From Paraspadella gotoi (Eukaryota; Animalia; Chaetognatha), in contig JBJCIZ010000220.1 in the NCBI GenBank assembly GCA_051294375.1, forward strand, positions 1 through 12,730: 12,730 nt of DNA, written 5' to 3'. The position numbers were made by a program, and so were the translations under genes. Below, piece by piece: positions 1-8,955 of this stretch. Position 1 is the stretch's first letter. Each line of letters opens with the position of its first letter. A model generated the notes under the pieces. It ran no database searches, was not told the origin of the DNA, and saw only the letters and a program-made list of their open reading frames with translations.

Positions 1-263
1 AAGTTAAAAGTGTAAGGCAGGGAAGCAGGCTTACAAGTGTATGCCGATCAGTGTTTAAAGATGTATGTAAAAGGGGGATAGAAAATGTGAAATCATCACT
101 GCAAGAAAACATGTAAAACAGGGATCTAAAGGAAGTTGGTTGTAAAACTATAAATGAGAATGGAGGATAGTATAATAGAGGAGAGGGTTGTAAGAGAGAT
201 AAACATGAAACAAAAATCACGATCCAACCAAAAAAAAGAAAAAAAGACTATTTCTCTGATTAA
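1..263 (+). CDS. C-terminal part of a Polinton PZ-like (putative core) protein, frameshifted
   Basis: Stitched reading VKSV-GREA...SVFKDVC..G.NVKSSL.KHVKQG.KEVG....GEGCKR...KSRSNQKKRKKDYFSD* (TAA 261-263). This resembles the PZ pattern 'KAVGKEAL...DV...K.S...G.G.KRK...DIF*' and lies immediately upstream of the capsid ATG, the usual PZ position. Confidence 0.6.
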
Positions 264-265
264 AA

Positions 266-1782
266 ATGTCATATTTTTAATCATCTCGGATTCATGTGAT
301 GGAATTCATGCACAAACTGCTTTGGATATTTTTCCTCACCAAATTTCATAGTGGCATGTTCAAAATTATTTCTATAGAAGTATTACCACCGAATCATCAT
401 CCTTTATCTGAAGCGCAATACATAATAGGTTTTTGATGTTCCATTATCTGAATGACCATATACTGATCTTGATTCAACACAAATTATAATTAAAGTTAAA
501 ATAAAAACAGCAAATACGAACAGAATATTGATGCTTTCATGCTCCATTCTGTTGTAACATCCAGGAAAATAATAAATAGTGTTTCACTTTGTTATATGTT
601 AAACTGTTTAAGTTCATTGTTTACGCTGTCCTGATATTAAAAACTGAAATAATACACTCTATTAATTCAAAGTGTTTTTTTTACTCAGCCATACACTATT
701 TATCATTCAAACAACTATGAAATTATGGAAATTCAGCTTTGACGATAGTAAATTAGCATTTGTGGTTGACTGGATATACAATGATAATTTGAACATGCAG
801 CGAATCGAGCTGATGATGCGCCGAGAAAGAATTACCAGCTTGGATTTTATAAACGAGCCCAAATTATACCAAAATTATCTCCAGAGAATAGGTACATTGT
901 TAGTTATTTGAATCTCATTTTCCAAATCCACAAGCAATAATCAAATTTACTTTCACTATGTCACTCATATAAGTCTTTCGTTCTGTAACTAAAGCGTAGA
1001 CCTGAATTTGTTACAAAAGCGATAGACCCTATTGCTGATTTTATTTATGAGATTTACACAGTGCAAAAACTTTTCAATAAATAGCGAGTGATCTTTTAAG
1101 TAGTTCATAGAGTTAAAAACTAGAAACCACCTGATGACACAAGATCTTATGGATGAAGCAATATGTAAATGTAAAAGCAATCCTTATGGAAACATGCTCC
1201 TAATGAATGCAAAGTGGTTCAAAGTTTACAGTTTGAAAAATATATTTTTCAAGCGAAATAATTGAGCTATTCCAGATTTTTGCTGTTATTGGACTCTTTA
1301 AGAGCAAGTGATTTTGCATGGTAATGATCAATACATCTCCTATATAAATTTGATCATTTTGTACACCTTGGGAAGATCATTTACTATAACTATTTGAATT
1401 CAATTATCGTTTTGACATGTATGAATGCAATTACCAATGAAAATGATTGACGGATTACCAAAGGCTTATCAATGGTGGGTTTATTTTTTGATTCTGATGC
1501 ACTAAAAGTGATTCAGAATTAGTATCCAACTTTGGAAAAGTTTTTAAGGTTATTGCCCGTTGTATACATTTTTGCTCTTGGAAGCGGACGGTGTTTAGAC
1601 AATCGTGATCCATTGGAATAATAAAATGACGGGTTCAAAGCACCGTATATCTTTAAAAATTTGCTGTGGATGCTGGTAAACCCCAAGTTTTTAGTTGTTT
1701 TTAGTTTATAGCTACAACAAAATCAGATACTAACTTTATCTCTAAATAGGGAAGTTATCAGTGAACTTACAATCCATACTAA
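266..1782 (+). CDS. Polinton major capsid protein (PY, double jelly-roll), many frameshifts
   Basis: ATG at 266. Motifs appear in the expected order across frames: SDSCDGIHAQTALDIF (~286-333; cf. 'ECxKSELDLF'), FDVPLSE, PYTDLDSTQIIIKVKIKTAN (from 456; cf. 'YIDLxxTxLYxxxKI'), IIHS (~648), LWLTGY..NDN, NYQLGFYKRAQ (~830-862; cf. 'NxGLxKRA'), FENIFQ...PDFAVIGL (~1232-1298), and C-terminal GS..RISLKFA...PQVLVV...ILTLSLNREVISE (cf. 'GNLRLELKFA...IEIDxxRNV'). Probable stop TAA at 1780-1782. Confidence 0.82.
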
Positions 1783-1784
1783 AT

Positions 1785-2341
1785 ATCGGATACTCGAAAC
1801 ATTAGTAAATTTATGCTATATACAGACTTCAGAAATCAAGAAATATTTCTATAAGGGGTTTTACCGAGAGATTTTTACACCCGAGGTAAACTTGATTTTA
1901 ATTCATTATATGTTAATAATACTTAAGTGGATCTAAATCGTACCCGGTACACATATCGAGACGTTAATCTCTATTTCGACATTAAAATTTAACTTATTGT
2001 TGTCTATATAGTGTGTTCACGATTGGACAAAAACCTATTCATAAAAGATGTTATTAAAAAATTGTATTCTATTTATGATATTATTATTTATTCTGATTTT
2101 TAAAAATCAATCTGATTTATCTACAACTTGTGGGTTTCACGTTATTTTCACGGCTTGTTTATTATCGCGTAAACATGATTTATTGGAGGTGATGACGTCA
2201 TTCTACACGAATGACTCATATATAAACGATCACGCTGTTTTGGAAATTATTCAAACACATTTTGACTTAAAGGAAACACCAGAAGTATCTGATTGGAATT
2301 TTATTTTTAACAGTGGATATCAAAGTGATGTTAAAGAATAA
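1785..2341 (+). CDS. Adenain-like (peptidase C5-type) capsid maturation cysteine protease, frameshifted
   Basis: GVLPRDF (~1855), NSLYV.NT, PGTH (1943-1954, catalytic His), and in ORF 2048-2341 QSDLSTTCGFHVIFTACLLSR...FYTND...NDHAV (oxyanion Gln 2108-2110, catalytic Cys 2129-2131). It lies directly downstream of the capsid gene. The start is inferred from 'atcggatact' read as ATG GAT ACT with one inserted base. The acidic triad residue region (~2010-2025) is garbled. Confidence 0.85.
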
Positions 2342-2352
2342 TATAGAAAACA

Positions 2353-2570
2353 ATGGGAAAGAGGAAGAAGAATACAGTAATGGATCGACCTCAATCTTTA
2401 AAAAATTTCAAAGCATGGATGTTAAAAAAATGAAAAGACAAGAGAAAGAAACAAAAAAATCCCAAAAAAAATCACAGACGGGGGGAAAAAAGAAAAAAAG
2501 AATGGCAAAATTATCAAGTCTACTAAAAATGCAACCAAAAAGTCGGATGGAGCTCTATCGGAGCGACTAA
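2353..2570 (+). CDS. Small Lys-rich hypothetical protein (possible DNA-binding core protein)
   Basis: One frameshift joins MGKRKKNTVMDRPQSLKNFKAWMLKK to MKRQEKETKKSQKKSQTGGKKKKRMAKLSSLLKMQPKSRMELYRS. The 3' end is uncertain and may continue beyond 2570. Confidence 0.45.
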
Positions 2571-2599
2571 TTTAATTGAAAATTTAACTATGTGGAAAT

Positions 2600-3685
2600 A
2601 TGAAAGGAAGAAATAAATTCATTCCAGCAATTCAAGATTTAGAAAAAAAGTTAAAAGTTATTCATAAATTGGATGGGTTAAAATTAGTATGCGTTTTTAA
2701 TATATCTTCTTGTAAAAGAGAAGAGAAATAAAAATATATTACTATAATATAAATTGATATTAGTTATTTTTATTATGTAAATAATATAATGTAAATTCAA
2801 TTGGAAAAGGAAGAGGATGATGAAGAATGACGAAGAAAGTACATAAGAAATAAATTGGAAGAGGAAGAGGAAGAGGACTCTGTACGACTCTTGAAACTTT
2901 CGTACGACGTTCGAAATCAAGGAAGAGAGGAGTAGGAAGAAGGGATGAGTAGAGAAGCGAGTAATTGAATCTAATTGGGAGAGGAAGAGATGAGAATGAT
3001 AGATGGGGAAGAGGAGTGGGGAGATCTTGAATATAAAGCGAGGTGAAAATCGTCTCGAGTATCAAATCATTTTTATTTCCTCTCAAAATAAACATCAAAG
3101 AGAAATAATATTTTCTTCATCAAATTCAAGATGGGTGATTATATTTTACTTTCCGCGAATTTGGCGTACGAATCGACCCAGAATCTGGACTCATTTTACA
3201 AAAATGTCAAATAGTGGATTGTCATTAAAACAACAAATAATGACTGTATCATTTCCTGAATGGTTTCATCTACAATTTAATGCCTGAATTTGCTGGTAAA
3301 ATTGATCATTTTGCTGAGCAATTTTTAAGCATTGTCTCAGCGATCAAAGGAAAAAATATCCAATCTCTCAAACTACGAAAAAATATTTCAAAAGATGTTG
3401 CTGTGTGAATCTCTGTTTTCAAACCTGGAACCTTTCACTTCATCAGTTGTGTCTTTTCGACCATATTTTTATACCAAAAATGGGAGATTGTATTTTAAGA
3501 AATCTCCAGGAATCACACTTAGTCAAGAAGAATTCTCTCTCTCAAACTACATTTGGACGCATATCAGAGAGACCATTCTTGCATTTGCTGAAGGACATCA
3601 ACATAAAAATAAAAGAAAATGCGATCTATGCCATCTGTTTCAACATCAAGTTGAGAATGAAGATGTTGAAGAAGTAAACATCTGA
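2600..3685 (+). CDS. Hypothetical protein(s) with a Glu/Asp-rich low-complexity tract, frameshifted
   Basis: The GAA/GAG/GAT-rich tract at ~2800-3020 reads LEKEEDDEE...LEEEEEEDSVRLL. It is followed by same-strand ORFs 3003-3287 and 3332-3685, the latter ending HQH..KRKCDLCH. Gene boundaries and gene number are not resolved. Confidence 0.4.
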
Positions 3686-3708
3686 ACATAAATCATTCTG
3701 AACTTTCA

Positions 3709-4553
3709 ATGGATATGAACACACCTGGAGACTTTGTCATATCTTCCGTCGCATTTATGAATTTGCAAGTAAGGGAAAAAGGGATCAAGTTTTTACTATC
3801 TCTTTGAAAAAACTTTTTGACTCCAATGATCTGGTCAACTGCAACTACCGACATTGCTGCTCATAAAATAAAAACGTCACTTTCAACCAAAATAAATTCA
3901 GTGAAACGTAAAATTGAGTTTGATGAAAGCATTCAAGAAGTAAAAAGACCGAGACGTCCACCTACACCTATTATCCAGAACAGATTTTTCTGCTAAAAAT
4001 TCTTCCACTCTCGAAGTGATTTATCCCGATGGAGGAGAAAGTGATAACGTATATTTTTTTCACCAGAAAAATTTTAAAAGTAAAAAAGTCCATGTCCACC
4101 GCCCCCGCCGCCGCCCCCCCCCCGGCGCAGGCCGACCGCCGCCGCCGCCGCCGCCGCCCCCTCAGTCTCGCCGGCCGCCGCCACCGCCGCCGCCGCCGCC
4201 ACCCCCCCCCCCGCCGCCGCGGGTGTTTTCAACATCAATAAAGAAATAGTGGCAAATTACATTGGACAGTGAAGAAAGTACTCAAAATCATTTGAATATT
4301 TCAAACTCAATCTTCTATCTCAATGAAGCTTTTCTGAATGGATACAACAGCCAAAATTAATATGGATCTTACTGAAAAACAATTCAAAGAATCATTGATT
4401 GAAAATATGCATGGTTTTTATTTTCGAAAACCAAAATGATTATTCTCCTTTTCTCCCAAGAAAAGTGATGATAGAGCTCCAAAATCTCAAACTCCTCTGA
4501 ACATTCCCCTTTCCTCCACTCCAATCAAAATTGAAGTTGAAGACGATTACTAA
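3709..4553 (+). CDS. Hypothetical protein with a central Pro/Ala(or Arg)-rich tract, frameshifted
   Basis: Comparing both copies gives ...YTYYPEPDFSAKNSSTLEVIYPDGEKVITYFFTRKIFKVKKSMST-[GC tract]-...SVQITLDSEESTQNHLNISNSIFYLNEAFLNGYNSKINMDLTEKQFKESLIEN...LWNIPLSSTPIKIEVEDDY* (TAA 4551-4553). The start is uncertain and the region may be the 3' part of the upstream gene. Confidence 0.4.
4096..4223 (+). repeat. CCG-rich low-complexity GC island
   Basis: Near-pure C/G tract of imperfect (CCG)n in an otherwise very AT-rich window. The second copy is at ~9385-9516. Confidence 0.95.
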
Positions 4554-4684
4554 CAATATATAGTTTTTAACTTTTACTTATCAGAAAATGGTCATTAGTA
4601 TCATTTCAAATGATAAATTATTATTCATCAAATCAATTCTATTTTCTTTTTCAATATTTTTAGATTACAATCATTTTCCTGTCC

Positions 4685-4770
4685 CAGAATTTCATGTTCA
4701 TCAGACTTAGTCATTTGTTTGCTGTGTCAGAAATTCATGTTTTCAAGACTTAGTCATTTGATTGATGTGA
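4685..4770 (+). repeat. Two tandem 43-bp repeats
   Basis: cagaatttcatgttcatcagacttagtcatttgtttgctgtgt (4685-4727) and cagaaattcatgttttcaagacttagtcatttgattgatgtga (4728-4770). Confidence 0.85.
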
Positions 4771-5070
4771 ATTTTCTTTGTCTAACTGTTTCATCTTAAT
4801 GAAATCTTCAATAAACTTATTTAAAATCACACTTGAGGTTTGTTTTTATAATGAAATAGATAGAATTTAATTTAAAGTTAGGAATCTTTATTAACTTGAT
4901 AATATTTTTAATTTCATCAAAACAAACAAAGTAAAAGGAATTTTACAACCATTTACCAAAAATATTACAATCAATTTTTCAATTCTGTTACTTAGGTAAA
5001 AAACATTTTTTCTAAGAAAAATGTGACAAAGTAAAAAGATAAATAAATCTACATTCAACTTGTGATGGAT

Positions 5071-5480
5071 AGTTGAAATTTAAAAGCTAATCTAAACATA
5101 ACAAAAGAATACACTAAAGGATTTTCTTTTTAAAAAAGAAAACTTAATAATTATTTTGAATAAATAAGAATATTATTGATTCTTTATACTCTACTAAAAG
5201 AAAAAATGTATTAAACCAAAATAAGTCTACATTTTATCCATCTTTAATAAGTAATCATTTTTAAACTAAAAAGAATAATGAAAGTTGAACTTTTAAAAGC
5301 TAATCAAAACATATCAAATGAATACACTAAAGAACTACAAAAAAAAACTTAATATTCTTTTTGAATAGCTATCATATTATTGATACTTTATTCTGTAATT
5401 AAAAGAAAATGCAATAAACCAGCATTAACATAAGTCTACATTTTTTCATATTTAATAAGTAAATATTTTTAAACTAAAAA
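5071..5480 (+). repeat. Two diverged ~210-bp tandem repeats
   Basis: Units start with agttgaa at 5071 and 5283. They share taaaagctaatc-aaacata, gaatacactaaag, aaaacttaata, atattattgat, taaaagaaaa, ataagtctacatttt, tttaataagtaa and atttttaaactaaaaa in the same order. Confidence 0.88.
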
Positions 5481-5888
5481 CATTTACTTTTTTTACAAAT
5501 TTACTTGTAAACTTTTTGAAAAAAAATGATTAGGGGCATATCTCAATAAACTCCCAATGCAGATGAAATTGAAACTGGATTAAAGAATCAAGAGAAGTTG
5601 TTTATAAAATTTTATAAACTAAAAAAATAGTACTAAATAAAAAAAACTCTTAAAGTTATTTCTTTATGAAAAAATCATTATTGTATTTTTTCTTTCTGTT
5701 TCATTGTGATTCATTTAGAAAAAATTGAAATAAAATCATTGTTTTATCTCTTTTCAAAAACTTTGTTCTAAATGAAAAAATCAAAATGTTTGTTAAAAAT
5801 TAATTGATAAGAAATGAAGATTAAAAACTTACTTAAAAAATCCATCTCGTCTCCATTGAATTGGACACATCAGTCATTCTAAAAAAAA

Positions 5889-8800
5889 TTATATCAATTT
5901 AACAAGACTATTTAAATCTTCATTTCCATTGTTCTTTGATAAATGGAATTTTATAATGTTCCATGAGCTAAAGTAGAAATGGTGATCAGGACATAAAAAT
6001 CGTTTATCATCATATGCAATAAAAGACTTTTTTTTGAATGACATTCAAGAACATTTCATGTTTTTACTAGAAAACCGCTTTTGCTCTTGAAAAACAGAAA
6101 GTTTATTTTCTCAAATGCCAGCCTGTCTTTATATAACTCGAAATTAAAGTCACTGGATGTTTTTTGATTGTCGTCCCTCCACATTTTTTCAATTCAGTTT
6201 GATCATTGAATTTTAGACTATACACGTACTTTTCAATGCAACAAACTCTTCAACAAATTTTCGGGACACTCATCACTAACTTTCCAAGTGTCTTTTTATT
6301 ATCTCTTCGATATTTGAGAGCAATTAGTCGAGTTTTCCTCACATAAATTTTTATAGAATGGATGGTCCAAATCATAATCACTAAAATCAAGATGTTCGAT
6401 AATATCAAACAAATCCTGATAAAGATCTGGCTGAATAGTTATCCCATCTGAATAAGTGAATTCGCAGACAAAGAAGTCGGTATCGGTATATAAAAGGGTA
6501 ATTTAATTTGTCTTTCTTTACAAAATGGAACAAGGCACTTTGTAAAAAAAATTGAGATGATCCACTTGCTAAGTTGCAAAATTGTTGCCCCAAAAAAAAC
6601 AAGTTGATCAGCATCAAAAACTGGCTTGTGATGAAAGACCATTCCAGTTTTTCCGCTAAATATCTACATATCTATTGAAAGTACTTTTTTTGGTCTCTCT
6701 TTCAAATGATTTATGATCTTTAATAAATGCAACATTTTGATGTTTGCGTTTATTCATAAGACTTCGACCATAATTGAATTATTTAAATATTTTCTAAAAT
6801 TTTTAACAAATGTGGATTTAGTTTCTTGTCGTTTTTTGGTATTATGTAAAATATAATCACGCATTACATAATCCTGATTAAACTTAAGAACCCGATTAAT
6901 TGAAACTGAATTCATAACCCATGGATAAGAAAAATTGGAAATTTAAAATGACATTTCATATTTACCTTATCATTTAAGTTAGGAATTAGCTTTTCATGTG
7001 TTTCCTTTAATATTCAAATACCTTTTCACTTTGTCTGACCTTCGGATAACCATTCATTTGAACAGACATTTTTCTCTCCACCAGGGGGATAATTATTAAT
7101 TTATCATGTATTTCAGGAGGCACTCTAAATGTTGCTTCTATGAAATAACCAATACTTTTTTCAACAACTTCTCCAGATTCTTCCTTCACAGATTCAATTT
7201 CAGCCGCATCGGGAGTCCCAATCGCGATAGACCCCTTTTTTCATTTTTTTTTCAAATTCATCAATTTCTTCATTATTAAGGAAATGAAACCCACTTATAG
7301 CATTTTTATAGCACATAGCTAATCCATAAAGATTATTACAATCCGTGTACCATATGTATTTATATGGCAAAGAACTATCATAATTAGTGTATGTGATTGT
7401 TTGCTTTGGAATACCTTTTTCCCATAAAGCAAATTCCGCCGGTTGCAAATGATTCACAAAATAAATACATATCTTCATCAATTAAATAATCTACTTTCAC
7501 TTTCAATTCACGCATCAAACATGACCATTAAGAAGGAAGGGTTGAAAAATTGTAATATTTCTAGATTGTGTTCCTCAAAAGCATAATTTTCTGAATGATA
7601 TGAAACATCACAGTAATAATGTATTGTCGAGATTTTAGATAATAATCATGATATCGCGAAAAGTCATGACAGATGCTTTTCAATAGCTTCTAATTTCAAA
7701 AAATCTGTTTCAATTTTATCATATCCTTCAATCCATTCCTTGGGAAATTCTTTTACTCGTTTCACTTTCCATTCAGCCCATTATTCCACATATCTTTTGC
7801 AAATAATATAATTTTCTCTTGTGAAATTGGCTCATCTTTCAAAAAAATCAGTAAAGCATTCAATTGCAGGAAATTCTGTTTCCCCCATTTTATTACTCGA
7901 AAACCACATATGGAGAAAATCCTTTTTGTAAGCAACTTTGTACTGGTATAATATCCATGTAATAATCCTTTAACCAAATCATTTGTTGCTGCAAAAACTT
8001 CTCCAATTTCCGTCCCTTCTTTAATTTCACCTTTTAATGATATTACCAAGTTTGCTAATTTGTCTGACAAAAATGAATAGCTGTCCAAAATTCGAATTTT
8101 CTTATAATGATAACATGACTCCCCTTTTCCTTTTCCTTTTTTATACCATCAATGTCAAATTCCATCACCATGACAAACTCTACAAAATACTTCTAAATCC
8201 AATGATAAATTTTTCTTGACTGAGGGCAATAGGTTTAATTATCCTTAAGAAAATAGGATGATCAGAATTTCCTCTCTTGTGTTCAACTATTGCCTCTCAC
8301 TATATAGTGCATATCAAAGTGTTTTGCACAATGTGCTAAGACAATATGTGGTGACATATCTTTGATATCTTCATATTACATTTTGAATGGAGTGCATTAA
8401 GATATTTACCAGAAATATGACAGATGATTTCGGACTTTAACATCCTTTTTGTTCAGGATTATTATAAATTTCTTCCCCACACATTTGACAAATTTGTAGA
8501 CTCTTGAAAATTGTTTTCTTCTCATCATTCAATATTTGGTTTTCTATTTGATCAGTACATTTTTCTAATATCTGAATTAATAATCCTTGCATGATCTGTC
8601 AATGTCATTAATGATTTAATCACACAGTATGGACCATATTCAATTGGAGATGTAAATTCCGTTGGTTTTTGCTAATCTTATTTCATATGGATCTTTTTCC
8701 CCTTTATCTTCAAATAATCCTCTAGTCATAACCTTGCATGACTCTGCAGGCATTTTTTGTTCAGTGCCATTCACTGTGGCAACTTTGACTGGATCATATG

Positions 8801-8930
8801 ATGTCTCTATATCCAATACTGAAATATGAGTTTTTTGCAGAGATTCATGAAATGATTTATATTATATTGTGGTGGTTTTCCATCAATTAAAGAAGGTAAT
8901 TTCATTTGCTGTTTCATTTTATTTAATGAA
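5889..8930 (-). CDS. polB: Protein-primed family B DNA polymerase (pPolB), 5' end lost in the gap, many frameshifts
   Basis: All motifs appear in order: ExoI VLDIET (~8793-8820), ExoII LAHCAKHFDMHYI (~8302-8340), DSYSFLSDKLANLV, ExoIII YHDYYLK (~7635-7655), motif A YTDCNNLYGLAM (~7316-7351), TPR1 GYFIEATFRVPPEIHDKL, KLIPNLNDK, motif B KYLNNSIYGRSLMN (~6753-6792), motif C YTDTD (~6475-6490), GKF.DE, LKSKVYS, and C-terminal YDDKRF...STLAHGHYKI. Stop at 5889-5891. Confidence 0.95.
8375..8490 (-). other. Endonuclease VII / HNH-like Zn-binding domain inserted between ExoI and ExoII of pPolB
   Basis: CQMCGEE...KVRNH(+1)CHISGKYLNALHSKCN matches the pattern CxxC...VRDHCHxTGxYRGxAHxxCN known from one Polinton pPolB lineage. 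Confidence 0.85.
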
Positions 8931-8955
8931 NNNNNNNNNNNNNNNNNNNNNNNNN
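8931..8955. other. Assembly gap, 25 N (also 25 N at 12400-12424 and 111 N at 12514-12624)
   Basis: Counted directly. Fixed 25-N gaps next to indel-rich sequence are typical of long-read gap filling such as PBJelly. Confidence 0.9.

Larger units (their letters stand above)
1..8930. mobile_element. Polinton/Maverick (adintovirus-like) endogenous virus, internal portion
   Basis: PZ-like, major capsid, adenain protease and protein-primed PolB genes occur together, which is the hallmark Polinton gene set. The element ends, integrase and ATPase are not seen, so it probably extends beyond both limits. Confidence 0.9.

Noticed and set aside
154-351. ORF 154-351 as a standalone gene
   Set aside because: It is a frameshift chimera of the PZ-like tail and the capsid N-terminus.
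281-547. Minus-strand reading resembling a secreted peptide (INILFVFAVFILTLIIICVES)
   Set aside because: It is the antisense shadow of the capsid N-terminus (DSTQIIIKVKIKTANT) on the + strand.
2684-3098. Hydrophobic minus-strand ORFs 2684-2920 and 2760-3098
   Set aside because: Their Leu/Phe/Ser/Pro bias is the expected antisense of the purine-rich + strand tract.
4016-4249. Formin/WASP-like polyproline or protamine-like ORFs (also 9312-9542)
   Set aside because: These are translations of a CCG repeat. The frame differs between copies and no associated domain is present.
4685-5480. CRISPR array
   Set aside because: Each repeat has only two adjacent units, with no spacers and no cas genes.
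266-8930. Programmed frameshifting, RNA editing or an alternative genetic code explaining the broken ORFs
   Set aside because: Indels are not shared between copies and often fall in homopolymers, consistent with long-read error.
5889-8930. Bacteriophage, linear plasmid or casposon polymerase
   Set aside because: The linked Polinton-type capsid and adenain protease, and the absence of cas1 or phage genes, favour a Polinton.
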